Positions 18,591 to 27,027 of a stretch of DNA of 64,000 nucleotides are shown here, in pieces. The stretch covers positions 32,001 through 96,000 of the forward strand of contig JBFMAY010000001.1 of NCBI GenBank assembly GCA_040755455.1, in the 5' to 3' direction. This DNA is from Thermodesulfobacteriota bacterium. GTDB lineage: Bacteria; Desulfobacterota; Desulfobulbia; Desulfobulbales; SURF-16. The notes beneath the pieces were generated by a model. That model was not told where the DNA came from. It saw nothing but the letters and a program-made list of their open reading frames with translations, and did not search any database. Position 1 is the first letter of the stretch. Each line of letters opens with the position of its first letter. Both the position numbers and the translations under genes were made by a program.

Positions 18591-20033
18591 ATGTTGAAAA
18601 AAATTCTATGTACACTGGCCATGCCGGCCACTCTTACTTTAGCATATGCAGTACCATCCTGGGCGGATGTTCCGCCTCCTCCGGTCAATCAGAACATTGG
18701 CATACCTGACGGCGTTTTCAACACCCTGGTTGAGGCAAACTGCCGGGCCTGCCATGAAGACACCACCGTCGTCAATCCGGGCACCATCCCGAACAGGCAT
18801 CATCTGCTGGTGGGAGCAATCATCCCTGACCCGACTGCCGCGCCTGCCGGAACACCCGGTAGCAAGTATGAATGTCTCTCCTGCCATCAGCTGGTCTGGG
18901 ATGCCGCGACATACAGTTATAATTTTGTCGCCTTCAGAGACTGTCTGCTCTGCCATGAGCAGCAGGCCGGACAGGCTTCCGTGCATCATCTGACGGCCAA
19001 GGCCCAGCAGAATGACTGCAAGGCCTGCCATGGTCCCATCGACAATCCGGGTGACGGACATTACATCCCCACCTATGACCCGTCGCTGGTGACCCCCCAG
19101 ACCGGCCTGGGCACCGGCGAGAATGGCGAGGGCGGTTGCGCCTTCTGCCATGACGAAGGGACCGATGATGTAAGCGGGGTTAAAGTTTACGCCAACATGG
19201 TGACCCATCACAGCACCGGCCTGGGCATTGATACGACCAAGTGCGTACTGTGCCATGATCCCCTGGCAGATGAGGCTGCCAAGGTTCGTCAGTGTGAGGT
19301 GTGCCACGGCGTGAATTCACTGCACAATATTCAGGTGGATTCCGATGCCAATGGCATTGATCCGGGCGTGGAAGATTCCTATTTCGGCCATATCGGCAAC
19401 CAGGATGACTGCTGGGGCTGTCACGGTTTCACCGCCGCAGCCGCCCCGTATTCCGGCCCGGTCATTCCTGATATCTCCGGCGTGAGCGCGCCGAGCGTAA
19501 CCGCAGGGTTCACCACCCAGCTCACCATCACCGGCGCCGCCTTTACCAATCTGGTGCAAGGCCCCACCGGTCCCATCGAGCTGACCAGCACCATCAGGCT
19601 GCAGGCAGGGGACGGCAGCGAAACCGTTCTGACCCCGGACTCCATCACGGAAAACACCATGGTCGTCACGGTGCCGGCCACCATGGCCCCGGGCAACTAT
19701 GCTTTAGCCGCGGTGAAGGGTAAGTCCGTCAGCAACACTGTCAATCTCGCCGTGCTGCCTGCGGTGAAGATTGCCTCAGCCACCTGTACCAACGGCGTGA
19801 TCAGCATCACTGGCAGCGGTTTCAGTCAGTACATCAATGCCATCGGCTCCGGTACCAGTGTGTCGCTGCCCTTTGCCGGAATTGACTGTGCTGTCATGTC
19901 CTGGTCCGATACCAGCATTGATGCCCTATGCGGCCAATGTGACCCGGCCATCACGGTTGACAGCGTCTTTGGCGAGTCAACAGGCGTAGTCTCAGTGACA
20001 CAAATCAACACCAAAAAGCCGAAAAGGAGATAA
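18591..20033 (+). CDS. omcZ: OmcZ-family octaheme c-type cytochrome precursor with C-terminal IPT/TIG-like domains
   Basis: Eight CXXCH motifs; VPPPPVNQ, DNPGDGHYIPTY, THHSTG, RQCEVCHGVNSLHNIQ and GHIGN match recalled Geobacter OmcZ; heme-free beta-rich C-terminus with basic tail. Confidence 0.88.
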   Translation: MLKKILCTLAMPATLTLAYAVPSWADVPPPPVNQNIGIPDGVFNTLVEANCRACHEDTTVVNPGTIPNRHHLLVGAIIPDPTAAPAGTPGSKYECLSCHQLVWDAATYSYNFVAFRDCLLCHEQQAGQASVHHLTAKAQQNDCKACHGPIDNPGDGHYIPTYDPSLVTPQTGLGTGENGEGGCAFCHDEGTDDVSGVKVYANMVTHHSTGLGIDTTKCVLCHDPLADEAAKVRQCEVCHGVNSLHNIQVDSDANGIDPGVEDSYFGHIGNQDDCWGCHGFTAAAAPYSGPVIPDISGVSAPSVTAGFTTQLTITGAAFTNLVQGPTGPIELTSTIRLQAGDGSETVLTPDSITENTMVVTVPATMAPGNYALAAVKGKSVSNTVNLAVLPAVKIASATCTNGVISITGSGFSQYINAIGSGTSVSLPFAGIDCAVMSWSDTSIDALCGQCDPAITVDSVFGESTGVVSVTQINTKKPKRR

Positions 20034-20060
20034 CGGGAATCTGTTTTACCCTGTTTGGCT

Positions 20061-20105
20061 GGCAGGGGGCGGCGATGCCGCGGCCCCCTGCCGATTATCT
20101 TTTTT
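20061..20105 (+). terminator. GC-rich hairpin with offset T-tract after omcZ (partial terminator or stabiliser)
   Basis: GGCAGGGGGC/GCCCCCTGCC stem followed by GATTATCTTTTTT. Confidence 0.6.
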
Positions 20106-20124
20106 GCCTGAAGGTTGATGGTTC

Positions 20125-21393
20125 ATGAAGAAGCCAGAAAACTGCGCCATTGCTGTGCTCTTTGTTCTCCTGCTCTGCCTGCTCCTGCCGGCGGAAGCTG
20201 CCGCCTCCACTTCGGAACGCGCGGTGATAATCGGCTTTAACAACAGGCCGGGTTCCGCCGAGCGGGCGTTGCTCCGCGCTCACAACGGCAGGATGCGGCA
20301 TGCCTTCCGTCTTATCAAGGCCTTTGCCGCCAATCTCCCTGACCAGGAAATATCCCGTCTCCGCGCCAATCCCAGAATTAAATACGTGGTGGAGGATGCC
20401 GTGGTTTCCTTGGTTGAACCGGAGCTGTCGGAGGTCGAATACGGCAACTCCTGGGGAGTGCAGCGCATCGGTTGTGAATCCGTCCACGCGCAAGGCATCA
20501 CCGGCAGGGAAGTGAAAGTCGCCGTGATCGATACCGGCATTGATTATACCCATCCGCAGCTTTCGGTCAATTACCGGGGTGGCTATGATTTTGTTTTTAA
20601 AGACGAGAATCCGTATGATGACAGCTGGAACAGCCACGGCACCCACGTGGCCGGGGTCATTGCCGCGGTGGCGGACGGCAGCGGCGTGGTCGGCGGCGCC
20701 CCTGATGCCTCGTTGTATGCGGTGAAGGTTCTTGACGGGTCGGGATTCGGCCTGCTCAGTTGGGTCATCGCCGGCATCGAATGGTCGGTTGCCAACGGCA
20801 TGGATATCGCCAATATCAGCATTGCCGGCCCGGATTCGCCGGCACTCCACGAGGCCTGTGATGCAGCCTATGCGGCAGGGTTGCTGCTGGTGGCTGCTGG
20901 TGGCAACACCCGGGGGGGGGATGTGCTCTATCCCGCTGCCTATGATTCGGTCATTGCCGTCTCCGCTTCAGATCAAAGCGACCTTCCCGCCTGGTTTTCC
21001 CCCATGGCGGCCGAGGTTGAACTCATGGCCCCGGGGGTGGTGATAAACTCGACAACGGCCGATGGCGAATACGCCCTGCTGAGCGGCACATCCCAGGCGG
21101 CGCCCCATGTCGCCGCTGTGGCGGCGCTGCTGCTGGCCGGGCGGCAGGTTGATGCAAATCTTGACGGCGTAATCAACAATCGGGATGTCCGCCTGCGTCT
21201 GCAGCAGACGGCGGTTGATCTGGGCGATGCCGGCCGGGATGAGCTGTATGGTTTCGGTCTGGTCGATGCGCAAGCCGCGGTGCTTGCTGACGGTGATGTT
21301 GACGGACTTGATCTGCTGTTTTTCGCCCGGAAGCTGCAAACCGGGAGTGCCGGCATGACTATTGCGGATTTTGCCGCAGGCTTTGGCCGGTAA
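20125..21393 (+). CDS. S8 subtilisin-like serine protease (OzpA-like)
   Basis: Signal peptide, prodomain, triad motifs VAVIDTG, HGTHVAG, SGTSQAAPHV; directly downstream of the omcZ homolog. Confidence 0.9.
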   Translation: MKKPENCAIAVLFVLLLCLLLPAEAAASTSERAVIIGFNNRPGSAERALLRAHNGRMRHAFRLIKAFAANLPDQEISRLRANPRIKYVVEDAVVSLVEPELSEVEYGNSWGVQRIGCESVHAQGITGREVKVAVIDTGIDYTHPQLSVNYRGGYDFVFKDENPYDDSWNSHGTHVAGVIAAVADGSGVVGGAPDASLYAVKVLDGSGFGLLSWVIAGIEWSVANGMDIANISIAGPDSPALHEACDAAYAAGLLLVAAGGNTRGGDVLYPAAYDSVIAVSASDQSDLPAWFSPMAAEVELMAPGVVINSTTADGEYALLSGTSQAAPHVAAVAALLLAGRQVDANLDGVINNRDVRLRLQQTAVDLGDAGRDELYGFGLVDAQAAVLADGDVDGLDLLFFARKLQTGSAGMTIADFAAGFGR

Positions 21394-21467
21394 TGGTTGA
21401 TTTTTTTTTCGTCGCCAAAGGCGGACCGACGACAGGGATTACGAAGGATATGATCCGGGAGAGTTTG

Positions 21468-22466
21468 ATGACACGCGCAATTTTTTGTCTGTTCGCCCTA
21501 TCTTTGCTGGTCCTGCCGTACCTTGCGCCGCTTCAGGCAGCCGAAGCGGACCGGCAGGAGGCGACAGCCGGCAGCGCCATCGTGGCAACAGTCAACGGCA
21601 CCCCTATTGCGGAAGGGCTGCTGGCGGCCGAGGTGAAGCAACAATTGAAGAAATACAGCCGCTACGGCATGCGCCAGGCCACCCCGGAACTGACCGCCAC
21701 CCTGCGCCAGCAGGCCCTGGACAGGGTCATTGGCCAGGAACTGCTGCGCCAGGCCAGCAGCAGGATGGTCATCAGGGATGCGGAGGAGCAGGCCCGGCGG
21801 AAAATGGCGGCAATGCAGGCCGGATTCACATCCCCTGAACAGTTCGACCGCTATCTGGCAACCCGCAATCTGACCCCGGAAAAGTTAGTCGGCAACCTTC
21901 GCGGCCAGCTGCAGATGGAGGCCTATCTGGCCAGCCAGGGAATCACGGACGAGCCCACGGAGGAGCAGATCGCCGCCTATTATGAAGGGACAAAGGAGAA
22001 TTTCAAGCGAGAGGAGACCGTTAAGGCGCGCCATATCCTGATCGCGGCGGGTCCTGCGGTCGCCGCCGAGGTGAAGGAGCAGGCCCGGCGCCAGGCGGAA
22101 GAGCTGCGCAGCCAGCTTATAAAAGACGCCGCCCTGTTCCCCCAGCTTGCCGCCCGCTATTCCGGCTGCGCCCGATCAAAAGATCAGGCCGGGGAACTGG
22201 GCTTTATCAAGCGCGGTTTCATGCCCCCGGAATTTGATGCCGCCGCCTTTGCCCTGCCCCTGGGGCAAATCAGTGAGGTTGTTGCCACGAGCTTCGGCTT
22301 TCACCTCATCCAGGTTGCCGACAAAAAACCAGCCGGCTATGCGCCGCTGGAGGAGGTTCATGATTTCATCAGCAAGTACCTGCAGGGGGACATGACGGCA
22401 AAAAGAAAGGCCTTACATATCGAGGAGCTGAGGAAGCAGGCGGCCATTGAGGTCCTGCTCAACTGA
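21468..22466 (+). CDS. PpiC/parvulin-type peptidyl-prolyl isomerase (SurA/PrsA-like foldase)
   Basis: VATVNG, VKARHILI, GELGF, MPPEFDAAAF, GFHLI; alternative starts at 21393 and 21450. Confidence 0.9.
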   Translation: MTRAIFCLFALSLLVLPYLAPLQAAEADRQEATAGSAIVATVNGTPIAEGLLAAEVKQQLKKYSRYGMRQATPELTATLRQQALDRVIGQELLRQASSRMVIRDAEEQARRKMAAMQAGFTSPEQFDRYLATRNLTPEKLVGNLRGQLQMEAYLASQGITDEPTEEQIAAYYEGTKENFKREETVKARHILIAAGPAVAAEVKEQARRQAEELRSQLIKDAALFPQLAARYSGCARSKDQAGELGFIKRGFMPPEFDAAAFALPLGQISEVVATSFGFHLIQVADKKPAGYAPLEEVHDFISKYLQGDMTAKRKALHIEELRKQAAIEVLLN

Positions 22467-22553
22467 GCGGCACCAGCCGCCATGGCTTGTTTGGCTCACT
22501 GAAAAGAGTTGCGGGCAATCTTTCAAGGGAAAACCGACAGATAATTTTTACCG

Positions 22554-23081
22554 GTGAATGATATGAAAAACAGCAAGTTTCTTTCACGTATAACGGATCT
22601 TCTCCTGCCCGGAGTGCTGCCGCAGAACAGGCGGCTTCTTGCCGTGGCATGTCTCATCGCGGCGCACCATCTTTTTTCCTGCGCGGCAAGCTGGGCGTAT
22701 GGCGGCGGAGGCTCATATGGCGGAATAACCGGCGGCGACGGCCTGCCCACGGAAGAGGATTGCCGCAGCTGTCATGACAACCTCGTCAGGTTCCCTTTTC
22801 TTGATGAAACCAATATCAACAAGCATCATCTGCTGGTGGGCCAGCCAGTTGTCCTGCCCACGGCCCCGCCCGGAGTTGAATCCGTTGCAACCTATGAATG
22901 TCTCTTCTGTCATCCCGCCGTCTGGGATGCCGAGATACCCGGCTACACGGTTTCGCTGTTCAGGGACTGCCTGGTCTGTCATCCTGTGGAAACCGTGTCC
23001 GGCCCGCCGCGGATGCAGGGCAGCAACCGGCACCATAAGCTGGGCTACAGCTGCAGCGTCTGTCACGCGCAGCGCCGATAA
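22554..23081 (+). CDS. Tetraheme c-type cytochrome, paralog of the N-terminal half of the OmcZ homolog
   Basis: CRSCH, CLFCH, CLVCH, CSVCH; shares HHLLVG, YECLxCH, VWDA and FRDCLxCH with 18591-20033. Confidence 0.85.
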   Translation: MNDMKNSKFLSRITDLLLPGVLPQNRRLLAVACLIAAHHLFSCAASWAYGGGGSYGGITGGDGLPTEEDCRSCHDNLVRFPFLDETNINKHHLLVGQPVVLPTAPPGVESVATYECLFCHPAVWDAEIPGYTVSLFRDCLVCHPVETVSGPPRMQGSNRHHKLGYSCSVCHAQRR

Positions 23082-23153
23082 ATGAAGTGAAGCAATAAAA
23101 TGAAACGTAGTTAACCTGTCAAAGCAAATGAAGAGAAATGAAGAGAAAAGACC

Positions 23154-24245
23154 ATGAAATACCGACGCAGATACATTTGTCCGTTGTTGATAGTACCGCT
23201 GGCGGTTCTGTCATCTTCAGCGATAGCCAGAGTGCAGGGTCCCTGTTCCGCCTGTCATACCATGCACAACAGCCAGGATGGCGAACAGATGGTGGCGGAG
23301 GCCAAGGGGGCGCAGGAAAGGCTGCTGGTTGATGACTGCGTGGGCTGTCACAGCAACAACGGCAGCGCCACCATTGTTGATATGGGCAACGGAGACCGGG
23401 TCCCCATCGTCTTCAACACCATTGAACCCACCTACCCGCCGGACGGCTCCGCCTCCTCCTCCCTGGCCGGCGGCAATTTCTACTGGGTGGCCCAGGTCGG
23501 CGGGGATAACAAGGGGCACAACGTTTACGGCATTTCCGACACGGACAGCGTCCTGTCCGGCCCGGCCTGGACTTTTTACGCCCCCGGCCATTCCACCTCC
23601 TGTTCGCCCTGCCATGATACCCTGGCAACAGAAAATAGCGGCTGCAAAGGCTGTCACTATCCCCGGCATCATGCGGGCGGCACCTCCGAGGTGGCCGAAG
23701 CGTCAAGCGGCTGGTACCGTTTTCTCGGCGCCCTGCCGGCCATGATGGCTGATCCCACCTCATTCGGCGTCAAGGGTATTGAAGAGGAAGACTGGGAACA
23801 GAACCCGTCGGCTGGCAAACATAACGGCTACTTCGGCACCTCGGATGTTTACGCCAAAGAGACCTTCATGACCCGTTTTACCATCGGCCAGTTCTGCAGC
23901 GGCTGCCACGGTAATTTCCACCATGAGATGAACGCCAATCAGCCGGTTGACTATAACGGCGCCTGGCTGCGCCATCCATCGGATGTGGTTATCCCCAACA
24001 GCGGTGAGTTCAGTGAGATGAATGCGTACAATCCGCTGGCGCCGGTGGCCAAAACCGACCTCAGCGGCCAGAAGAACGACGCCACGGTGGATCTTGATCA
24101 GGACGTGGTGACCTGCATCTCCTGCCATCGGCCCCACGGTTCACCCTATCCGGACATGCTGCGCTGGGATTACGACACCTGCGTCTCAGGCGCGGCGAAT
24201 GATGAATGCGGCTGCTTTGTCTGCCATGCGGCCAAGGATAATTAA
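23154..24245 (+). CDS. OmcS-like multiheme c-type cytochrome (7 CXXCH)
   Basis: CSACHTMHNS, GGNFYWV, KGHNV, YRFLG, LRHPS, CISCHRPH, terminal CFVCHAAKD; signal peptide. Confidence 0.82.
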   Translation: MKYRRRYICPLLIVPLAVLSSSAIARVQGPCSACHTMHNSQDGEQMVAEAKGAQERLLVDDCVGCHSNNGSATIVDMGNGDRVPIVFNTIEPTYPPDGSASSSLAGGNFYWVAQVGGDNKGHNVYGISDTDSVLSGPAWTFYAPGHSTSCSPCHDTLATENSGCKGCHYPRHHAGGTSEVAEASSGWYRFLGALPAMMADPTSFGVKGIEEEDWEQNPSAGKHNGYFGTSDVYAKETFMTRFTIGQFCSGCHGNFHHEMNANQPVDYNGAWLRHPSDVVIPNSGEFSEMNAYNPLAPVAKTDLSGQKNDATVDLDQDVVTCISCHRPHGSPYPDMLRWDYDTCVSGAANDECGCFVCHAAKDN

Positions 24246-24358
24246 AGGATACTTAAAGCGGTAAGCGATCACCGGCGCAACAACCCTGTGATCGCTTGCC
24301 TCGCGCGGCTCTTTTTTTTCTCGCATCAGGTGAGCGGTATTGGTTATAATTTCTCATC

Positions 24359-25285
24359 ATGCCCGCACGCAATCACCTGCCGGAAATGCCGATCATCAGG
24401 CCGCCCAGCGAATGGCGCAGCCTGCTTGTCCGCCTCACCCGCGGCTGCCGATGGAACCGCTGCCGTTTCTGCGGCATCTATCCGCATCTCGGTGCGCCAA
24501 ACTTCTCGGTGCGGACGGTTGCCGAGGTCAAGCATGACATCGATCTGCTCAGCCGGCTGCGGCCAAGGGCGGAAACCGCCTTTTTCGGCGACGCCGATCC
24601 CCTGGACATCGGCCTTGCCCCTTTCTGTGACATCGCCGTCTACCTGCGGCGCATCTTCCCCGTGCAGAGACTGACCTGCTATGCCAGGGCGTCAACCCTG
24701 TCCAGGCTCGGCCGGCAGGCCATTATCGACTTGGCCGGCGCAGGGCTGAACCGGGTGCATGTGGGCCTTGAATCCGGCGATGCCCGCATCCTGCGGTTTC
24801 ACCGCAAAGGCCAGTCGCCGGCCATGGTCAGCAGGGTGGCCGGCTGGCTCAAGGAGGCCGGCATCGAGCTTTCCTTTTACGTGCTGCTCGGGCTGGGGGG
24901 CAGGGACCACTGGCAGGAGCATATTGACGCCACGGCCCGGCTGATCAACGCCACGGAGCCGCAGTTCGTGCGCCTCCGCCGGCTGTGGCTCTATGGTGAC
25001 GGCAGCGGCCTGGCCGGGGCCGAATGCCCGCTGTGGCGGGAAATCCGCGCCGGTGCCTTTGCGCCCCAGACCCCGGAGGGAACCGTGCGGGAGCTGCGTC
25101 TGCTCCTCGCCGGTCTTAATGATCTTGCCACCTTTGTCGCCTGCGACCATGAGAACAACTATGTCCATGTTGCCGGCATGCTTAAGGCGGACAGAGAGGA
25201 GATGCTGGCGGAAGTCGACGGCTTTCTCGCCCTGCCGGAGGCCGAGCGGGAGGCCCATTATGCGGCGGTGGGCTCCAGGATCTGA
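24359..25285 (+). CDS. Radical SAM protein
   Basis: IIRPPSE, GCRWNRCRFC, GLESG. Confidence 0.88.
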   Translation: MPARNHLPEMPIIRPPSEWRSLLVRLTRGCRWNRCRFCGIYPHLGAPNFSVRTVAEVKHDIDLLSRLRPRAETAFFGDADPLDIGLAPFCDIAVYLRRIFPVQRLTCYARASTLSRLGRQAIIDLAGAGLNRVHVGLESGDARILRFHRKGQSPAMVSRVAGWLKEAGIELSFYVLLGLGGRDHWQEHIDATARLINATEPQFVRLRRLWLYGDGSGLAGAECPLWREIRAGAFAPQTPEGTVRELRLLLAGLNDLATFVACDHENNYVHVAGMLKADREEMLAEVDGFLALPEAEREAHYAAVGSRI

Positions 25286-25291
25286 AGCACC

Positions 25292-26932
25292 TTATGCGGC
25301 CGCGGCGCTGCGCATCTCCGCCGACTTGCCCAGGTAGTAGCGGTAAGCCCCCTCGTAGATTCGCATCTCGCCGTGGTCTATTTCAAAAACCCGTCGCACC
25401 AGCGAGCGCAGAAAATGGCGGTCATGGCTGACCAGCACCACCGTGCCGGTGAATTTCCGCAGGGCATCGAGCAGGATCTCCCGGGACTGGATGTCAAGAT
25501 GGTTGGTGGGTTCGTCAAGGATGAGCAGGTTCAGCGGCCGGGCCAGCAGGGTGGCCAGCACCACCCGGCTTTTTTCACCTCCGGACAGGCTGGCGATGCG
25601 TTTGTCCACCTCATCATTTTGGAAGAGGAAGGCGGCGCACAGGTTGCGCACCACGCCGATGGTGGCCTGGGGGATGGTTTCCTGCACGGTTTCGAACACG
25701 GTTTTCTGCGGGGAGAGGAGTTCCATGGAGTGCTGGCTGAAGTAGCCGATGCTGACGTTGGCCCCGACCTTGACGCTGCCGGCGGTTGGGTCGGTCTGGC
25801 CGGCCAACACCTTGAGAAAGGTTGATTTTCCGGCCCCGTTCACCCCAACCACGGCGATTTTCTCCTGCCGCCTGATCATGCCGCTGATACCGCCGAACAC
25901 CGATTTGCTGGTGCCGTCCGGCAGGGTCCAGACCTTGGCCAGACTGTCCAGGGTCATGACATCATCACCGCTGCGCGGCGGTTCGGCAAAGGCGAATTTG
26001 ATGATCTTCTGTTCCGGCGGCAGTTCAATACGGTCGATTTTGTCGATTTTCTTGGCCCGCGACTGGACCTGGGCCGAGTGGGAAGGCCGGGCGGCAAAGC
26101 GGGCGATGAATTCCTCTTCCTTGGCCAGCATCTCCTGCTGGCGGCGGTAGCTGGCCAGCAGCTGCTCGCGTCGGATTTCCCGTTCCCGCAGGTAAAAGTC
26201 GTAGTTGCCGCTGTAGGTGGTCACCGTGCGGTTCGCCACCTCGATGATGCGGGAGACGATGCGGTTCATGAAATCCCGGTCGTGGCAGGTCATGAGCAGG
26301 GCACCCTTGAATTCGCTGGTCAGCCACTCTTCCAGCCAGATGATCGATTCCACGTCAAGATGGTTGGTCGGCTCGTCCAGCAGGAGAACATCCGGGTTGA
26401 GGGTGAGGATCTTGGCCAGTTCGATGCGCATCTTCCAGCCGCCGCTGAAGGTTTCCACCGGGCGGTTAAAATCGTCCGGACCGATGCCGAGGCCGGTGAG
26501 CAGGGCCTGGGCCCGGCTCTCAAAGTCGTAGCCGCCGCGGTGCTCAAACTCCTCGACCGCGTTGCCGTAACGTTCGAGCAGCGCCGCCATTTCCTCGTCC
26601 GCCATGGGCTGGGCCATGGCCGCCTCCATCTCCCGCATCCGCAGACCCAGCTGCACCACCTCGCCTGAGGCGGCCATGACTTCGGCCAGGACCGAGCGGC
26701 CGGCCATGTCCCCCACGTCCTGGGAGAAGTAGCCGATGACGGTTTTTTTCGGGCAGGAGATCTCGCCCTTGTCCGGTTCCTCCTCGCCGGTGATCAGGCG
26801 GAAGATGGTGCTCTTGCCGGCGCCGTTGGGGCCAACCAGGCCGGTCCTGGTGCCCGGCAGGATCTGCAGGCTGGCATTCTGGAAGAGGATCTGCGCGCCG
26901 TGCTGTCTGGTGATGTTGGTCAGGTGTATCAT
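25292..26932 (-). CDS. ABC-F family ATPase
   Basis: GPNGAGKST, FSGGWKMR, two LDEPTNHLD motifs. Confidence 0.92.
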   Translation of the reverse strand: MIHLTNITRQHGAQILFQNASLQILPGTRTGLVGPNGAGKSTIFRLITGEEEPDKGEISCPKKTVIGYFSQDVGDMAGRSVLAEVMAASGEVVQLGLRMREMEAAMAQPMADEEMAALLERYGNAVEEFEHRGGYDFESRAQALLTGLGIGPDDFNRPVETFSGGWKMRIELAKILTLNPDVLLLDEPTNHLDVESIIWLEEWLTSEFKGALLMTCHDRDFMNRIVSRIIEVANRTVTTYSGNYDFYLREREIRREQLLASYRRQQEMLAKEEEFIARFAARPSHSAQVQSRAKKIDKIDRIELPPEQKIIKFAFAEPPRSGDDVMTLDSLAKVWTLPDGTSKSVFGGISGMIRRQEKIAVVGVNGAGKSTFLKVLAGQTDPTAGSVKVGANVSIGYFSQHSMELLSPQKTVFETVQETIPQATIGVVRNLCAAFLFQNDEVDKRIASLSGGEKSRVVLATLLARPLNLLILDEPTNHLDIQSREILLDALRKFTGTVVLVSHDRHFLRSLVRRVFEIDHGEMRIYEGAYRYYLGKSAEMRSAAAA

Positions 26933-27027
26933 GGGTAACTCCGGAGAAAATCGTCGAACTTAGCATGACATGGTCGGGAGTGCAAGGCAAAAGTCACCTG
27001 TTGTCTTTAGAGCGGGCATGGCCGCTC

